A stretch of DNA of 64,000 nucleotides from Gnetum montanum (Eukaryota > Plantae > Gnetophyta), in the NCBI GenBank assembly GCA_015680685.1, contig MNCI01002435.1:212282-276281 (forward strand), given 5' to 3'. The notes beneath the pieces were generated by a model. It saw nothing but the letters and a program-made list of their open reading frames with translations, was not told where the DNA came from and ran no database searches. Both the position numbers and the translations under genes were made by a program. Positions 13,401 to 26,800 of this stretch are shown here, piece after piece (position 1 is the stretch's first letter; each line of letters starts with the position of its first letter).

Positions 13401-15021
13401 AACATGAAGAATCAAATAACAATAAGAATCCAAAGAAGACAAAAACTCTTATGTATATTGAAACACCTCAAGACAATTCATGTTGTGCACAAGAAGCTTG
13501 GTAGCCAAATTTGCAATGTAATTTGATAGGGATTCAAAGGTAAAAACAATTGCCTTATTTTCCCATCAAAAATCTTATGTTGTGGCCTTGTTTCAGCAAA
13601 TATTGGACCATTTTTAATGTGTAAAGTGAAATTTATAGCCCACATGCTGTGAATTTCATTAATGTCAGCATGTGGAGTTCAAAAAGCTAAAAATGCTACT
13701 AAATTTAGTTGCAAAAGTCAAAAACGCTGAGGGCCCATATGGTGCAATTTGGTCCATGAAAACAATCTCCATACTTGCTAAAACATAAAAAAAGTTAAAA
13801 ATGTTGGTAACCCATACGCAGCACATTTTGGCTATGAAAATGGCCCAAAAACATTTTGTAATGCTCTTGAAAATGTATGGGATTGTAATAGATACTAGAA
13901 CAATGAATTCCAAGCCTATTTATACTAGATTCTACACCATTTTGAGGACTTTTTGGTAGATCTTTTTGACATTAAAAAGAGCATTTTTTGGCATAAAGAA
14001 AGACCTAGTTTTAGCAAAGAAAGGAGAAATTAGTGCAAATTCCACAACCTTTTGTAGCCTTTTTCAACAACATTTATTGCAAATCAATTGAACAAACCAA
14101 AGAAGACCTAGTGCAAAATACACCCTACTTCCTACACTAGATTTCAAAGTCATTTCTGTATTTTTACGCTTTTAAAGCCCACAAATCTATTGAACTTGTT
14201 ATTTATAGTATTTTAACACAAAGTTTTGCAATTGTTTCAGCTATACTTTCTGCACATTTTATACATCTTTCTACTAAATCTTCATTTCATACTCTACCGG
14301 TAACAAATTATTTAAGTCATTAAGTGATCAACAAGAGTGTTTAAGGCATACCAAAACCTTCCGAGGCCTATGGATCTTGGGGTTAAATTGTTTCATACTG
14401 AGATTTTTGGTTTTCCATCACTGAATTTGTTATCCATTACATATATTTTTACTAGTACTAGAGAAAGTATTAGATAGTCGAATAGCCCGTGAGGCAAATT
14501 TTTCCTTATCCTGTTTGATGCAACCTCGTCAATGCACCCAACAATAATATTATTAACTAAAAGATTAAAACCAAGAAGGTTATAGTTGATGGTAATATTA
14601 TAATGACTTCCTTGCTAATAATTAATTTTCTTCCTTATTTTTTCAAAGTATTAATTGTAACATTGTACACTTAAGTAAATAATCCTAAAATTGGAAAGTT
14701 TTTTCTTTCCATTTTTTTATTATGTTTACTCAATGTTAAGCTTCTATGTACTTTTAATTATATATAGTCTATTAAGATAGATAGTTGAACCACTTCATTC
14801 ATTTTCTTTTTATAAAGCCAATTGCTATTTTAGAGTTACCTTGTCTTCTTAAATAAAATTTCTCATGCTATTATTTTTTAAAAGTTGCATCAACCACCTA
14901 TATCTTAAAAAAAATAGCAAGTCAAAGAAGTTACAAGAAGAATGTAGGTGAAAAAGCTAATAATATGGTGACATAGGTCAAGTTGACATAATTTTAAATA
15001 TGAATAGTCATGATAAATTAA

Positions 15022-15191
15022 GGGACTACCACTTGGAGTGATGGTAAGGTGTTTTTGTCTCAAGTTGTAAAACTTAGGTTTGAGCCTAAGCAAAGCCACT
15101 TGAAAGAGGTTAGGCTTTCACTCATCTACTAACCCTCCTAAGACCCTGCTTTCGCAAGATGAGCATGGAGCCTCTAGGTAATTATCCTTTT
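15022..15191 (+). mobile_element. Au-like tRNA-derived SINE, copy 1
   Basis: A-box-like TGGAGTGATGG and B-box-like GGTTTGAGCC, body AAAGAGGTTAGGCT..GACCCTGC..GATGAGCAT..GCCTCTAGG, T-rich end. Homologous to 38146 and 44072. Confidence 0.6.
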
Positions 15192-15260
15192 AGTCATGAT
15201 GAATTGCCAAATTCATGAACACTATCATAGCTAAGAAAATACATTGTAAGTGATGATAAA

Positions 15261-16041
15261 TGATGAGTTGTCACAAGTTTGATTACATTGACATAATCCC
15301 ATCGACGTGATCCCATCAACATGTACCCATCGATGCATGATTTCATGCATCAACGCATACGTGTCAACAAAGTATTTTGTCTTGCCTATATAAATGTGTG
15401 CGCCTACCACATTTATGGCATTTGTTAGTCGAACTTTTGCATTTTGTTTCTTCTAGAATTAGAATATTTTCTAAGTGCCTACAGTAGGAGTGAGAAGTGT
15501 ACAAATTTTTATTTGAGCATCAATGTACTTGGACACCTCAGTGTGAACAATAATAAAGATGAGCTTTCTTCATAAACCTTGTAGCACTTGGACTCAGCAC
15601 AATATTTACTTCAATACGTTTATTCTTCATGCAATTTATGTTCAAGCATTTAAGTAATTAATTGAATTCAGATAATTAATGCATATAAGTATGGCCACCT
15701 CAAACATACGTTAACGCTTGGTAATCCTAGTAGCACTTACACTTGGTAACCTAGTAGCATTGCAAAGTATTCAGGATGTGTATGGAAGGTGGGAACAGAG
15801 ACTTGTGTTAGGATTAGTTGAGGCATTAATTAGTTACTAGCTTAATTAAACATTTATTTACTTTATTTTCAACATTTAGGCAAATTAAATGAAAAACATA
15901 AAAATGATAAAAATCATATACCTTAGTTACACTTAACCATACCATTGTACCTCACAAGTGAAACTAGGAAGACAACGATCACATCCTTGAAACTCACTAC
16001 CTAGTTCATTTGTACTTAGAGAGTTAAAGTCTACGTAATTC
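15261..16041 (+). mobile_element. 5' LTR of C, 3'-truncated
   Basis: Aligns with 33422-34132, then breaks after GTCTACGTAATTC. The LTR end, PBS and gag are absent. Confidence 0.88.
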
Positions 16042-16499
16042 TATATATAGGCATCCACACTTAGCCAATCTTGTACATTTTCCTGCAAATGCAAGAGGAG
16101 TTTTTGCAGTTTTCAGAGCCCAAAGCCTTCTAGAGCTCATATCTCACTAACCACTTGTTTGATTTACTCCATTCTTCAGTCTTATAGCTATCGGAGGTGA
16201 GCTCTACGTTGTGGAAGCCACAAACCTTAGGTTTTTTATGGAAACTTTTTTGGAATTTTTCTAACTTTCACAAGGTTTAACTAATAAAATAATATTAAAA
16301 TCAATAGTTCATGAGAGTTAACCCTTTCCAAAAAACTTTGGTAGCCATGTAAATGAAATAATAATAAAATAATATTAAAATAATCAAATCTACCATGATC
16401 ATGACTTAGCTAAAGTGTAACAAATTGATCAAGACAAGGAAACCAAAGTGGTACATGTTACACATCAAACGTTAATCCTTGATCATGTTTTGATTATAG

Positions 16500-19356
16500 A
16501 TGGCACCCAGACCAAGGGACAAGGAACAAACATGGATAGGAGGCGAGACCGTCCCAACTTAGGGACAAGAGGCCCAAAACTAGAAGGGGCCAATAGCAAG
16601 AACAACCCTAGGAGCAGGTAGCCAAAATGCATACAATGAGACCTCTTCAAGAGAAGCCTGAAGTGGAATCTATTCATTAGATTTTGGAAGCTGAAACAAA
16701 GCAATCCCACTGGGATGAGGCACCAAGACCAAGGCCAAACCTTGAGGTCACTTTGACTAAAGCCTACCTTAGGCAAATCAAATTTAAGGATATCTGACAT
16801 TCAATTCTTCAAGAACTAAACTTTGGTACCTTTTTGGACTTTTCCCCAAAAGACGTCAAAACTTAGTTGCAGAGCTCTCCCATGTGGCCCATCATCACTT
16901 CCAATGGGAAGTCATACATGGGAGAGACGTATCTTTTCTGGAATAACAGGTAGCTTAATGCCACTATGAAAATCAAGGACATCAATGTGTCCTACTCAAT
17001 GGAGGCCATCTCTTAGGCCCTCAAATTGCTTGACACTGGGACAAATTTGGTAGAAATCTCAATGTAGATGGACCCAGAGGTGAAAAAGGAGTGGGTCCAA
17101 CGATGCTATAAATTTGACTACAAAGAATATGGTGCACTCAGAAAGGCAAAACATGCATATTTCAAGATAGTAACCTACCACCTAAATCTGACGATGAGGC
17201 CAAGAAAGGTAACAACCTTTTCTGCTCATGCATCCACTGCTCTGAGTGGAAAATTCCCAATCAACCTCCCATAGATCATCTATCTTGAGATAGAAAAGCA
17301 CTTCAAGGAGAATAAGCATGGAAGGAAGACACTCCCCTTTGCATGCCTAACCCAAAAATTGTGCAAAAGAGAAGAAATAGCTCATTATTCTAATGACAAA
17401 TTTGGTAGAAATCTCAATGTAGGTGGAAGATAAATACATGCTCTTATTGCCTCTTAGGTGAAATGATGAAAGATAAAGTTCTTGCCATGATGAAAGAAGA
17501 GAAACAACCACCACCACCACCCACTCATGAAACAACACTGAAGGCTTGTTTTGCCATGGAGCATATGCAAAAACTCCATAAGCAACTCTTGCAACAACAA
17601 CAAGATAGACCGAGTGGTGATCCATCTATCTATTAATCATCCCTGAGCCATCTAAACAAGGTCACTTGTACCATTAGCTGGTTAGAGGACATAGTGCCAA
17701 CATTTTTTGCCCAATGAATGCAAGCACCGACATGCTCGAATCCTAGTACCTAAGAGGTAACAGTGTCCATTCATGGACAACAAAAATTTCCAAAAATCTC
17801 TATAAATGCTACTACCTTCTTAGTGCGCTTAGAGGAAGGCGATGGAGCAACTTTCTTGGTGATGCAACACCAAGGCAGGAAACAGTAGCCGAGGTGGTGG
17901 CTGATTGAGTGGGCAAAGCCCTGAATGTTCCTACAGTGTATGTGTTGAATATTGCTACACTTAGAGATGTGCAGACATCCATAGGAGCGACAAGTGGAAG
18001 ATTCAGCGTAGCCCAGCACAAGGAGTTGCTGGAATGACTAATGGGGATCAGACATATGATTCTGAAGGTCTTTGACCTTCTAAATGACATCACTGCTACC
18101 CAATCAACGCTGTTTGAGGCTAAGGGTAAGTACTTCATTGCCAATGCCCAACCTAAAGTAGCCACAACGAAAAATAGGCATTTGAGTGTTGAAGTTGCAA
18201 AATTAAAAGCCTACTTTGCTGATCCCACTATACTCAACCAAGCTGTATCTAAAGAGGTTGAGGACACAAAGGAGTCAGCAATCTTCGACTAGTCCTTAGC
18301 AGATGCCATTGTCTACAACATTCAAAAGGACTTAACAAAGATTTGCTGGGAAAACATAATTCTAACCAGGGATAATCATTGCCTACACAATGTTGAGCTT
18401 CAAAAAGAATAAATGGTTGATTACATGAGATAACAGTAGGAGCAGCTTGCCAAGGCGACCATGGACCTAAGAAGGTTGGTAGCAAAAAATCATAATCTCT
18501 CAATGGATGAGGTTCGTGCTCTTTGCCAAAAATAAGGGATTGAGATCGTCACTTGGAAGAATGAGGCCCTCAAATTTGAAATGGTTAAGAACCATTATAG
18601 AGACTAGGTTGGCCTTTAAAAGGAAATCAATGAATGAGAAATCAAATTAGTAAAAGCAAAAGCCAATGAGGCCCTCCAATAACTCCAATAAGGAGGTGAC
18701 ATGTGGTAGTCCATCTTCAATGGACTAAACACATACAACAAGGCAAAGATCCATCTCAAGGAGCTGCAAATCAAAGAAATGATAGAGTACATGGAGCTTA
18801 CCAACCTCCGTTATGTAAACTTAGTAATGTTGACTACCAGAAGGCCAAGGTTAGAATTGGAGAAGCAAGTGACAAGCTCATACTTGTTGTACGAGGCCGA
18901 GTTCAAGCATCACAGGGAGATGAAGCAGAAGCTAGAAATGACAAATGCTAAACTTGATGTTCGCAGAGAGAGCATCACCAATCAACAGTCAACATCTGAA
19001 AACTTGGCTCGTAGGATGAGTGACTACTAGGAGCTGCAAAATGTTGTCAAGGTATTCAATGTTGAACATAAACAATTTGTAGCCTGGTTTGTCAACGTGA
19101 AGGAGCTATTCCCTACAATGCCCTATTCGTAGGATATTCTTGTGCTAGCCCACATTGGTGATGCTATGTGAACCGTGTATGATCCCCAGAGTAAGGAGGA
19201 GATGAGGGCATTGCTGGATGCTTTTTGTCTTCCACCAATAGTTGTAGCTGCAACTAGACAACCATAACCACAGTCTCAACCACAACAACTACGTGCACCA
19301 AAGGTAAGAGAAGGTCCTTCGGCACCTCAGGAGCCTCCACCACTTAGGATTGTTTG
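16500..19356 (+). pseudogene. Decayed env-like ORF2 of element C (N-terminal Athila-ORF2-like domain plus long coiled coil)
   Basis: Fragments align with D ORF2, e.g. AYFKIVTYHL vs MYFKISTYHI and EYMELTNLRYVNL..RLELEKQV vs EYMELANLWYANL..RIELEKQV. Many stops. Confidence 0.75.
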
Positions 19357-20362
19357 ATTTTCTCCTTGTCTTCAAGCCACTAGAGGGGTTTTGCTATGAA
19401 TTTTTATAATGGTGTTTGATGAATCATGATTCATTAGGTCAAAATATCGTTCTCGCGATATCACGACCTAGCTCAAAATATTGTATACGCAATATCGTGG
19501 CTCCTGTGCAGGCCTATAAATACACCTTAGGTGCATGGTGAAAAGGGGGGGAGTTTTTTAGTTAGAAATTAGTTCTCATTGTTAGTTTTTTCTCAACCCT
19601 TTCTCCCAGTGCTTGGCCGCAATGTGATGATTTTAATTGTACAGCAACTTTATTTGAGTGTGACATACTTGGAGATCAAGATCAAGATTACTTCATCATT
19701 GTAGCATTCACTTAGTTTAATTATTTAATTGTTATTGTTATTTATTACTTTTGTAGTTAATATCTCTTCACCCTGAACTCCTTAAACATAGAATGAGTAC
19801 GACTTGATCACGAGCATTCAAGTGTGACTACTTAGTATCCCAGTAGTGTACCTAGGCCATGTGTTTGGTAACCCCAATGGTAGTCATGCACAAGGTCCAA
19901 GATGTGTACGAATGATTAAGGAATAGATGCTCATCATACTTAGGCTAGCTTATATTCTCTCTCCCTTTTCCTCCTAGCTTAATTAAAGTTATTTTCCATT
20001 GCCTCCAGGAGTAGCATAGTGATAGGAAACACATCATACACCTCACTTTGGATTAAACCATACGTGACAAAGCAAATACTAGTCTAGGTGGAAAGACAAC
20101 GAACTACAATAAATGAGTAACTATCTAGATACCATAACTAGCCCGTCTGTAGAGTTTGACTAGATCATGCATGAAACGCTCGTATTCGTATGGTTGAGTG
20201 TAGGGGTACCTTGCCACTCATCATTAACGCCATTGTCAAGGATGGTGTTAGTTATTTAGATTATTTACATCATCCAAGATAGCTGTAACAAAGCCTTGAT
20301 GATATATCTTTTAGAAAAATAATAATAATAATTGCAATTAAATTGCACACAAATTCACAACC

Positions 20363-21600
20363 ATGTCTCTCTTACAAGACTATGATAATGCAACAACCAG
20401 TAAGGCAATTCATTGGAGAACCAACAAATTATACAATGATGAAGATGGAGTTTCGAGTACCCAATCTGATGTAGGGGTTTCTTATGAACATAAACGAAGA
20501 CAACATTGTCCCAACTCACAAATGCATAACCTACCCAGTGATGATGATCCCCTACTGGCCACTACAAGCCTAACAGAAATACAAGAGGCTATTCAAATAT
20601 CCTACAAGCCTTGCAAGCTGTCTACCCAGGCTTGACTTAAGCAACTTTCCCAAGTTTTTAGGAGGCTATGAATTATATCCACAACAATATTTACAAGCCT
20701 TCTATGATGCCTATGCATGGAACAACATTGATAATGGATAGCAAAAACTTAAGCTCTTTCCTACAACACTCATTGGCCAAGAAAAAGTATGGTATAGGTC
20801 ATTAAAACCAAAATCAATCTAACGTTGGTCAACAATAGTAGAGCTCTTCAATGAAAGATATCAAACTTATGCGAGAGTGTCAGCCTTGAGGAGACAAATC
20901 CAAGTGTGGAAACAAGCACAACATGAACCCTTGGACATGGCCTTAGAAAGATATTATACACTACTAAACAACTACCCAGGCCATGGGTTCTCCAAGGAAA
21001 GGATAATGTATCACATCATAGATGGGCTCCGTAATGAAACATAGGAAACCTTAGGGATGTATGCCCAGGGTCAACTATATGAGCTACAAACCCATTAATT
21101 CCAAGAGCTTATCAAGCGGGTAGCAAAAGAAGAAGGAGAAATGGATAAATGAGAGAATTTTGAAAGCTCTCAATGGGACCAAAATCTTGAATTAGCAAAG
21201 GTCCATAATCATGAAGAGGAGAAATCAACTCACTGTAAGGAGGTGGAACCATCTTTGCCAGTACTACAATCATTGGATGAAGTTGAGGCAAAGATCAATA
21301 GGATGATGGAATGGATACATGAAAAATGTGGAGCATATGTCAACATTATTGGAAATAGAGTTATGACAACCCAAGAAATAGGACAAAACACCTTAAGATA
21401 ATTGGAAAGAAGGGTTGAAGAGAATAAGAACTTAACTACCAATCATATGTATCAATGCAACATTTGCCTATACGATCACCCCAAGGGCCAATGCCCAATC
21501 CTATCACATTTACATGAGCATTGGGGAAGAATGTTACATCTAGAGTTCGTACAAAAATACTATGTTCAATCACAGTGGCAAAAATCCCAGTCGTGGGGGA
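20363..21600 (+). pseudogene. Degenerate gag of element D
   Basis: DDDPLLATTSL, KLKLFP..L...KVWYRSL, LRRQIQVWKQ..HEPL, YYTLL...PGHG and a CxxCxxxHxxxxC knuckle. Homologous to the E gag. Confidence 0.8.
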
Positions 21601-23783
21601 GGCCATCCCCAAACTGGTTACACCCTTCACACCATCTGAACCTAAGTGCTTATCAAGTTCAACATCCAATTTCCCCAACTGGGTCAACATCCTCTATCTC
21701 ACCACATTATTATTATTCTTCTTAATACTATCAATCCGTATCCTCACCAATAGGACCACCACCTTGGGTACCTTACACTTCTCCTCAATTTCAAAATTCT
21801 CATCCTTCACCTCCTTCTACATTACCACCAATTTTACCTGAAGGATTTGCACCACAGCATCAACCCATGAATGTTACTTGTGCTTCTACTATCAACAACA
21901 ATGGGAATCATCCACAACATCATAGGCATCCCTTCTTTAGATGTGACCGTAGAAAGGGACACCATAGTTCAAAAACCATTGCATTTGCCAACTCAACATA
22001 AGTCCAACACTGTGGTGCACCTTACTCTTCGAACCCAATGCCTCATGTAATCTTATTAGGGCCACCACTCAATACTCCAACAACCATGGGGCCTAATGAA
22101 TATAGCCACATGGGGAGACATGTTGATCCTTGCATACCATCTTACGGTCATAAGTACCATAGTGGGTCAACCCCTTATAAATTAACGACATCTTATAACT
22201 TGCCCCACTATGTCAACTCTAATAAAGTGTGTGAACCCCAATGGGGTAAGTATGATTGGGTCTCAATATTTCCAACATGCAAGGATCCCAACCTTTCATT
22301 TATTAATCCTAGCTCTGCTCAACCATTTAGTTATGGGGGGTATCCTCCATTCTAACAAGCAAGATTAATAAATATTTTTCATTTTCTTTAATTTTACAAT
22401 TTTTTTTTTTTTGGTTTTTCATCTTTTAATTTATTGCTTTATCTTTCTGTCTTTTTATCTTTTTATGAGTAATCTCATCTATGAATAAAGCACTCATGTG
22501 ACTCATTGGTTGAGGTGTTGTTCTATGTTATCAAGTCTTAGGTGACTAATTACTTGAACAACAATCCCACGACATCCACCTACACATTCCATTAATAAGA
22601 GGTTCTACCCTAGGTACAATGACATTCCTAATCATTAAAACTTAAAGTAACCTTGTGTTATTATACCCAGAGTGAAGAAGGATGGACTGAGCGAGAATGG
22701 CCAGGGTGTGACACCAAGGGGACTTGTGGATTCTCTTTAGTGACATCTGTAGGAGTTATCATGTAGCTTGGTTGTACTAAGATCCTTGTAGATCTAATGA
22801 AAAATGGGAGTAAAAGTAATCAAAAGACACTCAATCAAGAAAACTCAATGTTGTTCTAGGGGGTCCCACTGGAAAGACATGCACCCATGCTTGCAGGTAG
22901 GTGGCTTCTCTGGATTAAGTATTCAAAAAATGAAAAAAAAAGAGCAAGAAGAGTGTGCTAAAGTAGCCACATAAAAAGAAAAACAAAAGATCAAGCTTAA
23001 AGTGCCACAACGCAATTCCGAATCACTCCTCCCTTAAACAAAATGCCAAGTGATCGTACGCCTTAGTGCCATGGGCTCTTATGGTTGTCCATCATTGAAT
23101 GAAACAATGTGATGTTACTGATCGGAGGAATGGACTTGGTCCTAATTTTGGAGCAATGGGTTAATGACACATTAATCATGCCTTACACTAAGGATTCATT
23201 GTGCCCTAGGTTAGCTACCTCATGTCCCAATCTCTACAATCCTTTCTACAATTTGCCTCATTTCGTTGTTCATATAGTTGGGACTTGTGACTTGTGTAGC
23301 ATTGAATTTATACCTCATCACAGTGGTATTTACATGTGTGTGTTTTTTGTGAAATTGTTATAGATTGCATTTAACCCTTCCAGTGCCTATGGACATTTTA
23401 AGGTGTGGTTACGCATGGGCATTATAGGTTGGAACCTGCTTTGAGGAGGACCCACTTACGTGACTTTTGTAAATTGTACTTGTTGCACAGCACCACATCA
23501 TTTTATACCCTCTGAGTACTTCATTGCCAAATCTATTCTTTCCCTTAGCATCCTTCTGGTTCAAACATTCCTATGTACCAACACATGTCCTTTTTCCTCA
23601 TACTCTTCATGACTTCCATCGTCAGATTTTACACCATTATCCTTTCTGTGCCTTCAGGCCTAATTAATATTATCCTAGACCCTTTATATTGACTTCAAGT
23701 CCTTCATTTTTGAGTTAGAATTTCAAAAAAAAAATACCAATTTTTTCAATTTTTTCTTTCAATCCCCTACTTCAAATAAGTCA

Positions 23784-23875
23784 CAATATCGTGTATGCGA
23801 TATCACATCTGACGCAATATCATGGACGCACTATCGCATACGCGATATCACATCCCATAGACATTATAAATATGG
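23784..23875 (+). promoter_or_regulatory. Internal GCGATATC palindrome array plus TATA box upstream of D ORF2
   Basis: Five decayed GCGATATCGC units followed by TATAAATA at ~23865, the same layout as the U3 promoter of the D LTR (19443-19522). Confidence 0.6.
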
Positions 23876-26800
23876 ATCCCCCCTGCAAACATCAACATTA
23901 TTTGCAATTGTTCACACGGGGGAGTTTTTCAAATTTTCTTCTATGACTTGCGATTATGTATCTCTTGTTCCAACAACCATAACTCGCTCACTAACACTCC
24001 AATTTTCGTTCCACTTGAACCTATCTGAACCTAGAGTGTTCAGCTTAGTTATGGGGGAGGGGTACACTTTGAATTGCACACAAATTTTTTGAAATTCATC
24101 ATCACCCAAAGGACACTATCAATGGTAATTAATTATACAAAAATGATCAACATGTGCCAAAAAACAACTTCATCTTCTCACTTATACCAGGAAATTAAAA
24201 ATTATGAAGCCACCTAATCCAAGTGGATCAAATATTAAAACCTTTTGGGGATATTTTCACAAAAGTTCCTAACTTTAAATCACATGGAATAAGAGACGAA
24301 TCCATTAAGGCAAGAAGTAAGGTATAACTTAACTTTGGTAAGCAACCTTACTAATGACTGACCCCGTGTGATTGCAGATGGCCCCAAAGCATGGACAACA
24401 AGAAGGACCCTCTCAAGGTGTGTCCAAGCAACCCAAGAGAGGCAGAAGACAAGCGTCCCCTGAACAACATGTAGAGTAGGAGGCACAATCATTTAGCAGC
24501 CATCAAGAGACTTTTGCTATTGTACAATCAGGACAAGCAGAAGGAGGAGCTGCTACTGTGCCTAAATAGGAACAACAACTCACATTGTTCCTAGAGTGTG
24601 TTCAAGCCATCTGTGAAAAGTCCACATCGACTGTAGTAATCGTGGAATTGAAATTTAGACCTTTCATGAAATTCACTCCTAAGGCTGTTAGAGACCAACT
24701 CAAAGGGTCTCCATTATGGACTATCCTCTCTGAAAATGGTGCCTGGTACTTAGGAGAAACATACCAATTTTGGCACAATAAGGAAGAAGGCACCATAGTC
24801 AACATTTGTGGTGTGTTTGTAGATTTTTCCACCAAGGCCATCTCAGAAGTGTTGAACCTTCCGGATACAGGGCCAAAAATTGCTCACCTATCCACTTACT
24901 CCAATGCCGATGTGCGAAGAGTTTGGTTGGATAGGGCATACAACAAAGAAGACAAGACATATGGAGAGTTGATGCTGGAAGAAAGAATGTACTTCAAGAT
25001 TAGCACTTATCACATCTTCCCCATGAGAGGATTAAAAAGAATCTCAACATATGTGGCAAGAGGAAGTGCGATATTGATCAAAAAGGCTAATGCTAACCTT
25101 CCTCATCTATATCTCATGGAGATCTTGAGGTGGTTTGAAGAACACAAGACAAGGAAGTTTATGTTGCCCTTCCCTTATCTCATCAGGAAGCTATATAAAC
25201 ATGCTGGTATTCTAGGGTACACCAATGATGTCCTCAAACAAGCCCAGAATGCTTTGTTCGCTGAAATACTGAAGCCACCAGCTCCGAGGAAAAGTGTTGG
25301 TGAGACATTGGAGCCAGAGCAAGAGCAAGAACAGATGGTGGGGCGTACTATAACTCAAACTGCAGGGCCTAGCCAACTTCCAAGCCATAGGTCCAGTCAA
25401 CAACAAGAACCAGGGCCCAACATGAGCCAGCAAGATCAACCGTCGCCACCGCTACAGGATTATTGATTGTTGATGAACCACCTCAGGGCCATCGCTGAGA
25501 CGGTTAGTTGGGGAACTCATGATGATGCTAATCTCTTTCACGTCATCGATGACACCATACAACCCTTAGTTTCTATCGATCGCATATGGGGTAATGTGTC
25601 CATCCAAACAGAAGGAGGGGAGACTCATTGGTCACAACAGATTTCAAGGAACACTACATCTTTCTAGGTGTAATTGGAAATAGGTGAAGGGGCCACAATG
25701 ATGGTTATGCAGCACTAGAATGCGGTCAAAACTATAGAAGTGGTCGTAGACCACATTAAAGAATCTTTCAATGTCCCTATTGTGCCACCAATAGATTTCA
25801 CAGTAGCATGAGATGCTCAAAATTTGGCCGGTCCCTCAATGACTCTTGCGGAGCATAAAGATGTCCTTGATCAATTGCTGCAAATAGAATAAGTAATGAC
25901 ACCCCTGTTTGACATTTCATAAGATGTCACAGCAGCACAATTAGACCTCATCTCCACCAAAGGAAAGCTGGTCATGGCAGAGATTAGGGCTAAGCATGCA
26001 GAAGCGGAGTTAGCAAAACTATAGGAGAGGCTTGTCACCCTACAAGCTGCACAGCGGGACCCATCTTAGTTTGTTCCCATAGACCAACTGGACACTTTCA
26101 AGATAGAGCAACTTAATAAATTGTTGGTAGACAATAAAAGAGTGGTAGAGGAGAAAGAGAAGGCTAACTAGATGCCTCCAAGGCACAAGCGCAAACCTAT
26201 GCACATGCCAAGGCACTCAAAGCCTTACAGGAGAAGAATAAACGACTTGCTATTGACAACCTTCGGTTGACCACTATGGAAAAATAGAAGAATGTTCTTG
26301 AGGAAAACTTTCAGCAATTATGAGAATAGTTAGTCAAGGTCAACCAAGACATGAACTATTTGGCTAGAGAGAATCGAACCCTCTTAATGGAGGAGGTACA
26401 CGTAATCCGTTAGAAGATGGCCATTGAAATAAGTATGTGGCAAAACAAAGCCAAGTGACATGAAAAGTTAAAGAAGCACTTCAAAGACTAGGTGGGAATG
26501 TACAAGAAAATCATAGAAAAGGAGATCCATATGGCTAAGGCCCACATCAACACTTTGAGTGCTCAATACACTGATTGGTAGGCCATATTGGACACATATG
26601 CATTTGCCCATTAGGTGGAACTTAAAAGCTAGGACCTGCAGATTCAAGACCTCACAGAGTACATGGAATTGGCAAACCTGTGGTATGCCAATCTAACCAT
26701 GTTGATAGCAGGATGCCTGAGAATAGAGCTTGAGAAGCAAGTAGCTACCACCTACACCAAATATGAAGTAGAATTTGCGGAGCATAAGAAAATGTTGTAG

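Noticed and set aside
13600-14520. Possible DNA transposon or MITE
   Set aside because: No convincing terminal inverted repeats or target-site duplication found by eye.
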